A DNA stretch of 64,000 nucleotides from contig JBHGNT010000006.1 in NCBI GenBank assembly GCA_043228905.1, forward strand, positions 16,120,001-16,184,000, given 5' to 3'. Below the pieces are notes generated by a model, which was not told where the DNA came from, searched no databases, and was given only the letters and a program-made list of their open reading frames with translations. A program made the translations under genes and the position numbers. Source of the DNA: Azolla caroliniana (taxonomy: Eukaryota; Plantae; Polypodiophyta). Of the stretch, positions 1 to 12,600 are shown one piece after another (the first letter of the stretch is position 1; each line of letters begins with the position of its first letter).

Positions 1-684
1 GATGATTTAGTCATCGCCGGTGCTGACCTAGACGAAATCGACTGCGTCAAATCCCAACTTGGGGCATTGTTTGACATGAAGGATCTTGGGGATCTTCATT
101 ACTTCCTCGGGATCGAAGTGATCCACACCTCGGAAGGCATACTGATCAGTCAACGCCACTATGTGTTGAGTATGCTCTTCAAGTTCAGTATGATGGAATG
201 CAAATCCGTCTCGACTCCTTTGGACCAGAATGTGAAGCTTTGCCCCGACTCCGGAATGACATGCGACCCGACAAGGTTCCGACAGATAGTCAGAAGCTTT
301 ATTTATTTGACCATCACCCGACCAGACCTCAGTTATCCGGTCGGATTGATCAGTCAATTTATGGCGCATCCGACCGTGGAGCATCTTTAGCGCGCACACC
401 GAATATTAAGGTATGTCAACGGCACTAAGGACAAGGGGTTGTTGTATCGGGCTGGTGTAGTCGAACAACTTGTCGGCTATACGGATGCCAATTGGGCCGG
501 AAATGTCGGCGACCGCAGGTCTACATCCGGATATGCATTTTCACTTGGAAACGCCGTGGTTGCTTGGAGTAGCAAAAACCAGTCAATAGTAGCAATGTCG
601 AGCATTGTGGCCGAGTACCGAGGCGAGGCTATCACAACGTGCGAAGCCATATGTCTAAAAATGCTCCTGAAGGATCTGCGAGTG
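1..684 (+). mobile_element. Ty1/copia element A, RT/RNase H segment (5' part lies outside the window), degenerate
   Basis: ORFs 67-390 (MKDLGDLHYFLGIEV...TRPDLSYPVG) and 439-732 (GYTDANWAG...RRSTSGY...WSSK) are copia RT/RNase H. Interrupted at 685 by element B; the RNase H frame resumes at 30145. Confidence 0.9.
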
Positions 685-1247
685 TGTGCGGAAATGACGC
701 TCGACCACAACCGAGTCTTCAACAAGGAATAGAAGAGAACAAACTAAAACAGAGATGACACAGGATGTTTACGTGGAAAACCCTAAATGGGAAAAACCAC
801 GGGAGCCCACGGACTCCAACTATCACTATAAGGGGAAGATTACAATGTGAGACTCAGAGGCAATGACCTCAAGGTCTATGTCTTCACCAACCGGCTGTTA
901 CAACAGAAAACTCGTTTTGTATCTCTCCCTCTCTCTCTCACGCTCTGTGTACAACGATGATACAACAACAACTCACCTCACATCATCAGTAAAGTGATTG
1001 CCCTAAGTCATATTTATACTTATATGACTTTTGGGCTATTTACAAATATAGCTTCATTGGGCTTATCCTAACATATTTACAAATATGTCCTTGGATTCAG
1101 TTCGCACCGGATCCATCCAGATTCACTGGTTTCGGTTTCCGGATGTTATCCTGAACCCTTCTGAATATGGCATCTTCATCCGACTCGTTCGATTTGGCTC
1201 CTTTGGTTCTCATTCGGATCCCATCCGGAGGGACCAAATTCCCAACA
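685..1247 (-). repeat. 3' LTR of copia B
   Basis: TG...CA termini; matches 21778-22033 joined to 29836-30144. Confidence 0.9.
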
Positions 1248-3109
1248 AACTCCCCCTTCACTCTGGCATGAGATTTCTCGTTAATCCGATCCGTCTTCAG
1301 CACGCGTCCAACTTGTCGGGTTGAAAGCACCTTGGTCAGCATATCCGATGCATTCTCCTTTGTGTGGATCTTCATCAGCACGAAGTCTTGATCTTCTACC
1401 TTCTCCCGGAGCCAGTGATATCTCCTCTGGATGTGCTTGGTCCAGGAATGGTAGGCCGCATTCTTCGCATGGTGGATGGCACTTTGACTGTCGCATTAGA
1501 GTCGGAATTCCTCCTACTGGATCCCTACCTCTCCGATGATGTCCTTCATCCAGATTATCTCCTTGCCGGCTTCCACAACTGCCATGTACTCCACTTCCGT
1601 TGTCGACAGTGCAACGGACTTCTGCAACCTCGACTGCCATGATACAACTCCCCTTGCATAAGTCATGACATATCCGGATGTAGACTGGCTAGTATCTGCA
1701 TCAGCCAACATATCCGAATCCGTGAATCTGTCAAGTTGGGGTTTACTAGAGCCGAACCGGAGGCACATACTCGAGGTGCCTTTCAAGTACTAGAGTATCC
1801 ACTTGACCGCGTTCCAGTGCTCTTTTCCGGGATTGCTCATGAATTGGCTGACTACTCTGACAACATATGCAATATCCGGCCTAGTGCACACCATTGCATA
1901 CATTAGGCTTCCGACGGCAGAGGCATATGGTATCTTTGTCATATCCGACTTGTCTGCCTTTGTCTTTGGGCTCTGCTTTCCGGACAACTTGCAATTTGCC
2001 GGAAGTGTCAATCCGACTGGATTTGCATTCGACATGTTGAACTGCTGAAGCACCTTTGTCACGTACTTTTCTTGTGACAACCACAATAGCTTCTTCTTCC
2101 AGTCCCGGATGATGTGCATCCCCAAAATCTATCTTGCTAGACCCAAGTCTTTCATTGAGAAGGTCTGGTTTAGGGCCTTCTTCAACATTCGTATCTTGAC
2201 TTGGTCTCATCCGACGATCAACATGTCATCCACATACAGGAGCAATATCAAGAAATCTCCTCCATCAAATTTCTTCACAAAGGCGCAGTGATCGGCTTGC
2301 GTCTTGTGGTACCCTTGATCCGTCATGAAGGAGTCAAACTTTTGGTACCATTGCCGGGGGCCTTGCTTCAATCCATATAAGCTCTTCTTCAGTTGGCACA
2401 CTAGGTGCTCCTTCTCTTTCTTCTCAAATCCTTCCGGTTGATGCATGTAGATCTCTTCTTCGAGGTCGCCATGTAGGAATGCCGTCTTGACGTCCGGTTG
2501 CTCTACCTCGAGGTCCATGCTTGCCACTATGCTCAATACTGTTTGGATGGATGTCATCTTTACTACTGGGGCGAAGATCTCGTCGAAATTCACTCCTTTC
2601 TTTTGCTGGAAGCCCTTCACCACGATCTGGGCCTTATACCTTGGTGGATTTCCGCCGTCTCCCGGTTTCAGCTTGTACACCCACTTGTTCCGGAGTGCCC
2701 TCTTTCCTTTCGTCAACTCCGTCAGTTCTTATGTGTGGTTCTCATGCAGGGAATCCATCTCGTCGTGCATGGCACTCAACCACTTGCGGCTGTGGGTGTC
2801 TTTCTTTGCTTTTCTCTCCCTTAGCGGATATCTCCGACTTTGGTCTTTGGGAACCGGTTCCTCTCTCTGTTCCAAATCTGAATCCGATTCAGGATCTTGT
2901 CCGGTTCCGGTGTCTTCTTCCTCTTCTTCTTCGATCAGTTCGGTTTCTTGTCCGAATCCGGCTATCTTTCGGTTTTCAACCGAGTAGGTCCTTGTGTCCT
3001 CAAACCGGTTTTCATTTGATGATCCGGAGTTCGTCACCTTCTTCTCCAACTCCCAGTCGGCAATGGTCTTGTCTTCCATGAGGACTATATCCCGACTCCG
3101 GAACACCTT

Positions 3110-6100
3110 TGTGAACGTAAGTGTTTGCGGAAGCGTAAAACAGAGAACAACACAGAGAGAGAGAGAGAGAGAGAGAGCAGAACGCAATTTCAAAATTATA
3201 TCAAGACTACACACCTACACACTGTGCTAAGTAGCACTATTTATACAAGTCCTCTTGGGACTGACAGAAGTACCATGTACTTCAATGCTCACACGAGCAT
3301 CTGACACTTACTACGAGACTATAGATACCTAGTAGTCTATCCTATTCTAGGCTTCCGATTGGACTGCCGGTTACGGATTGCACCCGGCCTCCACTGCTTG
3401 CCGGTTCGGTTGCTCACCGTCATACCGATCCGTTTCGCCCGATCCGTCTCGCTTACCGGCTCCGGCTTATTCAGCCGATCCGGCTCCGGTTGAGCTTGCC
3501 GCTCAACACTCCCCCTCAAGCTCAACCTGAGGTGGGGTCGTAGTGTTGACCTCTGTGGCAGTCGGTTCTTTCAACCGACTTCTCCTAGCGTCACTCCGCC
3601 TTGCTCACGCTCCTCATCTGGTCCGGTCCCGTTTTCCGTGACCCCTTTGGTTCTGCACGCCTCGACCCTCTCGGTCGGCATGTCTGCTCAATAGGCCCAT
3701 CTCAGCAGTCACGTTGTTGTGACTCCGGCGCTTGCCAATCCGTCGGTTCTCCCACGATGGCATCGACTTCCGTTGTGTCCGTGTCCCCATGGCCTTCAGT
3801 AGATCCGACTCATCCGGATCCATCTGTTGATCCGAGTCAGTTGTCTCTGACTCGTTCCAGCTCTTGTCCGAATCGGTACACTCTGATTCGACTTCCGGCT
3901 TTAGGCCTCTCACCACATCGGACCACTTCCGAGTCTTGGCCTTCTCCATGCTTCCCTCAGCTTCTTCAGCCGGTGAACTGAAATCGAATTCTTCACAACC
4001 GCTTGCTTCGACCTGTTCGGATGTGTCGACTTCCTTCGTCAACTCGGCTTCCTTCATCTTCTTGTCTCCTCTTCTTCCGGCTCTCCTCTTATCGACGGGT
4101 TCAACAGGTTTTTTGTCTTTGCCAGTTTCGGTAGAGACTTTTCCCTTGCTTCTCCCCCTCAAGTGCGGCACGTCGAGATGCTGAATACCAAGCATGTCGG
4201 TAAAGTGCTGCAACTTGTCCGATCCGAGCGGCTTGGTGAAGATGTCGGCAACTTGCCGATCCGTATGAACATACCGTAGGTCAACTTCACCGCTCAGGAC
4301 CCGCTCATGCACGAAGTGGTAGTGCACCTAGATGTGCTTTGTGCGAGCATGGAACACAGGGTTCCTGGCGAGCTGCATGCTGCTCATGTTATCGCAGTAA
4401 ATCGGGATCGGGGTCGGCACCTCGATCCGCAAGTCTCGCATCAGTCGCCGAAGCCAGATGGCTTCACAAGTGGCAACGGTAGCGGCCCGGTACTCAGCCT
4501 CAGTGCTTGACAAAGCCACTGTGGGCTACTTCTTGCTGCTCCACACAACGGCCGCGCTACCTATGGAGAACATGTATCCGGAAGTGGAGCGGCGATCAAA
4601 TGCATCGCCGGCCCAGTCAGCATCTGTGTAACCGACAAGCTCTTCGGGTATACCTCGCCGGTATAGTAGACCCTGGTCCTTAGTGCCGCTGACATACCGT
4701 AATATTCGTTACGCGCACTGAAGGTGCTCCACGGTCGGCTTCTGCATGAATTGACTTACCATGCCGACCGGATAGCTGATGTCGGGTCGGGTGATGGTTA
4801 AGTAGAGCAGGCTTCCCACAACCTTTCGGAACCGTTTCTCATTGCAGGCCGGTCCGGAGTTGGGACGGAGCTTCTGGTTCCGGTCCAGGGGTGTGGAGAC
4901 AGGTCGGCAATCCGTCATGCCGAACTTATACAGCATATTCAACATGTAATGTCGTTGTGAGAGCAATATGCCGTCGGGGGTCCGAATCACTTCGATCCCA
5001 AGAAAATAATGAAGGTCTCCCAGGTCCTTCATTTCGAATGCGTTCGACAACTGGGACTTGATGCGGTTGATTTTGGGGAGGATCAACTAGGTCCCAAGTT
5101 TCGTTGGCATCGAGTGCCCGCATTTCTTCGTCCATAGCGGTACGCCAATTTGCGTCCTTTGCCGCTTCTGCGTAGCTCTCCCGCTCACGCACTTCTGTTA
5201 CCTTAGTCATGTACGCATAATGTTGCGCCATGTATTCATTGTACCCGTACCGCATGACGGGATCCTTCTGGCGGGTTGATCGACGCAACGCACCGTCACC
5301 TGATTTGAGGCCTTTCTTGGACAGTTCGGTCTTTGTTGCCGAAGATCCGCCTTTCTCCTTTCCGGAGTCGGATACGCACCGATCCAACTCATCGTTGCCG
5401 GTTTCGAATTCCGGCATTTTCCTCTTCCCTTTCTCTTTGCGCGTGAACCGCTTCCTCAGTGCCTTGCGGGGGGAGAGCACGACAGAGTCTCCACCACTTG
5501 CCGTCTCTTCATCCGACTGGTCCAACCGACTCAGTCGCTCGTTCGGTCCACTCAACCGTAACAATTCCGGACTCTCATCTTGAGTCCCGGCTTCATCATC
5601 CTCTGCCAGGGCTAATTCAGGCTCACTGGCCTGATCTTCCGGCATTGGGTCGGGATCGGAAGTCGGAGTCGGTACGGAGTACCAAGATGCCGATTCATCG
5701 AACTCGACATCCCGGCTAACTCGGACTTCCTTCGTCCGGGGGTTATAACACTTATACCCCTTTTGCTCTTGAGCATAGTTGACTAGGATGCATTTTTCCG
5801 ATTTTGCATCCAGCTTTCTCCGCTTCTGATCCGGCACATGCACGTACACTATGCTACCGAATATCCGAAGGTGTCTTAAGTTCGGCTTGCACCCGAAATA
5901 CAGCTCATGAGCTGACACCTTGTCACCAATGCGGTTTTGTATGTAGACGGCCGTCTGGACCGCCTCCGCCCAGTAGAACCGGGGCATGCTCTTCTCCTCC
6001 AGCATTGTCCTTGCCGCTTCGACGAGTGTCCGGTTCTTCCTTTCGGCCACACCGTTTTGCTCCGGTGTGTATCTGCAGCTGAACTCTCGCCGAATTCCCT

Positions 6101-8086
6101 TCTGCTGCAGATAACTAGTGAATTGGCCGGAAAAATATTCCTTTCCGCCATCCGACCGAAGGCATTTGATCTTCCTCTCCGATTCCCGTTCCACCATCTT
6201 CTGGAGGCTCCGGAAACAGTCGAAGACTTCGCTCTTCCGTTCAATGAGGTAGATCCAAGTATGTCGAGTATGGTCGTCGATGAAGGAGACGAAGTATCGG
6301 CTCCCGCCAAGGCTTACACTTTGTGTCGGTCCCCACACATCCGAATGGATGAGATCGAGCTTGTTACAGCTCCGGTTCCGTTCGGTGGGGAATGGAAGCC
6401 GGTGTTGCTTCCCAAGTTGGTAGGCTTCACAAATTTCGGCTCTCCGGCCGCTGAACTTCGGCAAACCGAAAACGACTTGTTTTGTTTGCAGGTCTTGAGG
6501 CCTTCGGTAGTTGACGTGGCCTATCCGCTTGTGCCACAAGTCGATGTCCGACTCGACCTTCTGTCATTCCGCGAACAGAGCGGTGCCTAAGTCATTGGTG
6601 TTGAGGATAAACATCCTCCCGTCTCTGCGCCCTTGCGCAATGACTTCGCCCTCATCCTCAATGAAGCACCCGAGGTGCGTAAACCGCACCTGCATCCCCT
6701 AGTCGACAATCTGACTGACGGACACCAGGTTCTTCGTGATTGTCGGAACGTGTAATAGGTTCATCAGCTTCCCTTTCTATCCGACGTGGCTTAGAGGGAC
6801 TTCTCCGACGTGCACGATTGGGTGAGGAGTGTCGTCTCCGGTTTTGACTACTCCTGGTTGATCCAGTTTCTCCAAAAAGGAGAACCACTCTTTGTGGCTC
6901 GTCATGTGGTTCGACGCGCCGGAATCAACATACCACACTTCCTCCGTTTTGGAAGTGGTCTTCTTCATTGAGTTTGCCTTGTGATTCATCACCAAGGCTG
7001 GCCCCTTACCGGCCTTTCCGGTTCCGGATCCTCCTGATCCGTTTGCGTAGTGCGAGTTTTGCCGGCCATCCTTACCGGTCTTGCCGGATCCTGATTTGTC
7101 CGAATCGGCACGCTTTCTCCAGCACTCGCTTTCCCTATGGCCTTTTTGGCCACAATACCAGCATTCCGTAGCAGATTTGTCTTGCTGGCCTCCGGCACCG
7201 CCTTGACTCCCCCTGCTTGTGGAAGTCCCAGAACTGCTGTCGGCACGCTCATAGTGCCTCCGTTCCTGCTCTTGCCGGCCGCCTCCATTGCGTGCCGACC
7301 CACCTCTTCCACCACGCCCACGGAACCGATCCGTTCCCGTGTACAGCATTCGGATGTCCGGGGATGCACTGGTAGATGCACCGGCGTGGTTCTCCTCTAT
7401 AAGGAGCATTGATTGTAAGTCGAAGAATGAGGGGGTATTCTCCCTTGTACACACCGCAGTCTGGAACGCTCCGAACTTAGACGCCAGGCCTCCGAGACAT
7501 ACCTGCACCATCTCGTCTTCCTCTACGGTAACATTGATAGAGGCGAGTGAGTCGCAGATCTCCTTTATCCGGCCTGTGTAGTCTGCCACGGACATGTTCT
7601 TCTGTCAAACATTGCTCAACTCCTGTCTAAGTTGCAACTTCCGGGCAGTGGTGCTTGCGGCGAAAACCTTGTTCAGGTTCCCCCAAGCATCCTTCGGTGT
7701 CTTGGCGTCACGGATGTGGCTGAGCAGCTGATCGCCGACACTGGATGCGAAGCAGTACATCACCCTGCTTGCCGCCTGTTCCCATACCGGGAAGTCCTTG
7801 TGTGCCGAGTCTGGCGCCGCATCATTCGCTCCTTCGACATAACTCCAGTACCCGTGTCCAAGCAGGTACTGGTGCATCTTGTAAGACCAGGATGCGTAGT
7901 TGCTCCTGTCGAGCTTCTCCACCGGGAGCGACGTAGCCATGCCTCTATCCATGTCTTCTACTATGTCTGTTTTCGACCTGTTAGGGTTTTCTTCTCAAGA
8001 GTAAATGTCTGTAGCAGAGGTTCTCAACCCTCGCACTCTGATACCATGTGAACGTAAGTGTTTGCGGAAGCGTAAAACAGAGAACA

Positions 8087-8118
<32 letters not shown>

Positions 8119-8449
8119 CAGAACGCAATTTCAAAATTATATCAAGACTACACACCTACACACTGTGCTAAGTAGCACTATTTATACAAGTCCTCTTGGG
8201 ACTGACAGAAGTACCATGTACTTCAATGCTCACACGAGCATCTGACACTTACTACGAGACTATAGATACCTAGTAGTCTATCCTATTCTAGGCTTCCGAT
8301 TGGACTGTCGGTTACGGATTGCACCCGACCTCCACTGCTTGCCGGTTCGGTTGCTCACCGTCATACCGATCCGTTTCGCCCGATTCGTCTCGCTTACTGG
8401 CTCTGGCTTATTCAGCCGATCCGGCTCCGGTTGAGCTTGCCGCTCAACA
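3110..8449 (-). mobile_element. Ty1/copia element C nested in B; young, with an internal RT deletion
   Basis: Near-identical LTRs 3110-3508 and 8047-8449. TSD ACCTT at 3105-3109 and 8450-8454. tRNA-Met-type PBS just inside the 5' LTR. gag with CWYCGQKGHRESEC knuckle, protease WYVDSGAS, integrase 4926-6539, RNase H 3614-4519. Confidence 0.95.
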
Positions 8450-9672
8450 ACCTTCTTGTCGACCAGATCCCATACTCGATATCCGAACTCATCATCGCCG
8501 TATCCAAGGAATATGTATGGCTAGGTCTTCGGATCCAACTTTGCTCTCTTGTCCTTTGCGACATGCACATATGTTAGACAACCAAACACCTTCAGATGTC
8601 GGTAAGATACATCTTTACCGGTCCATACTTTCTGCGGTGAGTCTCTTTCCAAGGGTGCTGAGGGTGATCTGTTTATCACATAGGTCGCCGTCATCAGCAC
8701 CTCAACCCAAAACGTCTTGGGTAACTTGGTATGTGCTAACATGCTTCAGACTCTCTCCATTATGGTCCGGTTCATCCGTTCAGCCAGCCCGTTCAATTCC
8801 AGCTTCTTCAGCACGGTAAATTCGAGCTAGATTCCCTTCGACCGGTAGTACTCCTCGAACTGCTCCCGGTATTCTCCTTCGTTATCTACTCGAACCGCCT
8901 TCAGCTTCCAGCCGGTTTCTCTTTCCACTCTCGCGTGGAGCTCCTTGAAGACGAATAACACTTGATCCTCCGTCTTCAATAATGAGACCCACAACTTCCG
9001 GCCGTGGTCATCTATGAATGTCATGAAGTACTGCGATCCGACATGTGACTTCGTGTCCACTTGACACACATCGGTATGCACCAACTCTAGTGGTGCATTT
9101 CGTCTCATCGGTGGTCTTGACCGGAAGGAGGTTTGGTTTTGCTTGCCGGCCAAGCAATCAGTGCCCTTCTCAAGTTGCACGTCTTTCACCTCTGGAATGA
9201 GGTTATCTTTGGCAAGTCTTCTCATCCCCTTCTGTCAGGAATAGTACTAAAACAGAGATGGAATTAGTACTAAGAAGAGTAGTACTATTAGTACTAAGAG
9301 GACGGGACTGCGTAAGATTCCCGAGAGAGAGGAAGTGAGAAGAGGAGAGAGAGAGGGAAATAGGATGATGACAGCAGCTCTTATATTATATGAAAGATAA
9401 GTACAAATCGACTAAGAGGCTTAAGACTGGTGTTGAACCAATTTGGTTCAACATAATGCTTAGTGCCTTCTTTTATAGTGTTCTCAGGAATAATTCTGAA
9501 GCTTCTAGAATGTTCCAGAGAAATCTGGAATATACATTACTTTCTTATAATAAAACATAAATGAAAATAATATTCTATGAATTACAACAGATGGTGAGAT
9601 GGTTAAGAGCTCGACCCATATACCATAAGGTCATGGGTTCGAGTCTTGCCATCTCATGACACTATCTCCCCC

Positions 9673-12600
9673 TTAAAGACGACGAGTGGAACGAGTCAGC
9701 GCTACTTGCGGACCGGGTTTGTCCGGATACTTTCGGTGGAAATCAGCAAGAAGATCTTGTGCATTGGCAACATTCTCGACGGGTTCCCAAGTACGTTCGC
9801 TCGGACTATAACCGAGCCAATCGACCAAGTAATAGAGTTTGTTGCGAACAAGTTTGGAATCGAGGATGGCAGCAACTTCATACTCCGGGCCGGCGTCCAA
9901 CTCCAGTGGGGGCGGCGGTGGTGTCACACGATCGGGAATGGTGTTTGCTTTATAAGGTTCAAGAAGAGAACAATGGAAAACCGGATGTATCTGAAGCTGC
10001 GGAGGGAGATCAAGGCGGAAGGTGACATCATTAATCTTCCTCGTAATACGGAAAGGACCGAGTCGTCGATAATCCAACTTGTCGCACGGTCGAGTAGTCT
10101 TGATGTGACGACGTAAGAGCCATACTCGATCTCCGATGGCAAAAGAGGAGGGAATCCGATGACGATCCGCATAAGTCTTCTGTGTGTGTTGAGCATGACG
10201 AAGGTGAGTAGAGAGATCCATCTGGATCTTGCGTAGCCTCTCCAAATGATCCTCGGCACGAGGGTTGGTAGGTAGCTCCGGAGTGTCGATCACCGACCAA
10301 CGAGGATGGAAACCGGTATAAGCGAAAAATGGGGAGACCCGAGTCGAGGAGTGAATAGCATTATTATACGCAAACTCCGCAAAGTGGAGAATCTCGGCCC
10401 AATCGTCCTGTTGATAACTCAGGAAACACCGGAGATATTGCTCCAGCGTTTGGTTTGTTCGTTCCGCCTGTCCGTCGGTCTGAGGATGGTAGCCGGAGGA
10501 GAGGTTGCAGGAGACCTTGAGCATCTTGAAGAGATGCTGCCAAAATTTGGAGACAAATTGCGGGCCTCGGTCACTGATAATACTGTCTGGGAGGCCATGA
10601 TGCCGAAAAACCTCACGCATAACAAGAGCGGCGGTTTCCTCGCTAGTGATGGCTTTAGTACATGGCACAAAATGTGCCATCTTCGTATATCGATCAACGA
10701 CGGTTAGGATAGCATCGAACCCTTTCGAGACCGGCAGATCTGTGATAAAATCAAGACAAATAGACTGCCATGGCTTACTTAGAATTGGTAAAGGTTCCAA
10801 CAAGCCATATGGATGGTGTCGTGGCATCTTTGCTCGGCAGCAAGCATCACAGGTCCGAACGTAGTCGTCGACAAAACGGCGCATGTGGGGCCACCAAAAA
10901 GATCGCTGCACTAGCTCCAACGTCTTAGTACTACCGAAATGTCCCGCCGTATGGGTGTCGTGACAATGTTGGACAATTTGAAGGCGACAGGAGCAATCGG
11001 GGACATATACGCGCTTTTTAAAGAATAACAAACCATCATGACATTCGAATTGTCGGTAGTCAATACCTGGTTGTTGAGACTGAGAACAGGATGCCCGAGA
11101 AGTATCAATGTGCGCCAGGATGTCTTGAGCAAAATTATCCGTCTTCAAGGTTGCACGTATGTCATCGGTAATCCGTGAATCCATCGGGGTGTGAAAAATC
11201 CGCGTCGTGTGCAATCGTGTTGGTCCCAAGATTACTTGCTTTTGATTATCAAATGTTGCTTCACCAGGACGAGGTGCAAGATATGAACGTCGTGATAGTG
11301 CATCTGCTTTTCCTTGCTGCTTCCCCGGTCGATATGTGATTTTGAAGTCGAAAAGCGTGAGGAATTGCGCCCACCGAGCTTGCCGTCGATTTAGTACGCG
11401 AGCATTCTGAAAATAAGCAAGATTTTTATGATCGCTGAAGACAATGACCTGATGTGGAGAGCCCTCTAAGAAATGCCGCCATTGTACAAATGAATCCACG
11501 ATGGCTAATAACTCCTTGTCATGTATTTCGTAGTTGATTTCTGCGACATCGAATTTGCGCGAATGGAAAGCCACCAGATGCAACTCTTCTTTATCACCTT
11601 GTTGAGAAAGGATGCTACCGAGGGCGAAATCTGATGCGTCGGCCTCCATGATGAATGGTTTGCTTGTATCCACATGAGCTAGAATCGGTGCTGATGTAAA
11701 GGCTTTCTTAAGATGCCGAAAAGCCATATCTGCTTCAATGGACCAAAGAAATGCTTGGCCCTTCTTCGTAAGTTGTGTGAGAGGTAAAATAATCTTCGAG
11801 TAATCCTGTATAAACTTACGGTAGAAGTTAGCAAAACCTAGAAAACATTGTACATCTCGTACCGACCGTGGAATTTGCCACTCTAGTACAGTTTGGATCT
11901 TAGCTGGATCCATGGCGATGCCCTTTGAGGAGATGACGTAGCCTAGAAATTCCACTTGCTTGCAGTCAAAGCTACATTTTTCTAGCTTGGCATAAAGACC
12001 ATTCTCGCGGAGTTGCTTTAGTACTAATAGTACATGAGAGTCGTGCTCTTCCTGGGTCTTCGAATAAATCAACAGATCATCCAGATAAATGATCAAACAG
12101 ATATCCAAGAGGTCTCTGAATATATCATTTGCCATGTGTTGGAAGACTGCGGGTGCATTGGTTAGGCCAAACGGCATAACAGTATACTCAAAATGCCCAT
12201 ACCGCGTGCGAAAAGCGGTCTTCCACTCATCTCCCGGTCGGATCCGCACGAGATTATACGCTCCGCGTAGGTCGATTTTAGTAAAAAACTTGGCACCATT
12301 AACTCGCTCTAAAAGACTTGATATAAGAGGAAGTGCATACCTATTCCGGATGGTGACTTTATTTAATCCGCGGTAATCAACGACAAGACGAAGTGAGCCA
12401 TCTTTCTTCTTGACAAAGAAGATGGGTGCACCGGCCGGAGATTTCGAATGACGGATGAACCCGCTTGCCAAGTTCTCCTCTATGTAGGCTCGAAGGACTT
12501 CTAACTCGGTGGGTGACAGGTTGTAAATTGGTCCCCATGGTGGCTCGGTTCCTGGTTGTAAATCGATGGGACAGTCATAGGGACGGTGATGAGGAAGGGT

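Noticed and set aside
2487-7936. Many plus-strand ORFs antisense to copia B and C
   Set aside because: Shadow frames of GC-rich gag-pol sequence with no independent motifs.
9590-9653. Functional tRNA genes here and at 60608-60680
   Set aside because: No complete cloverleaf with a proper acceptor stem could be drawn by eye; reported only as tRNA-like modules.
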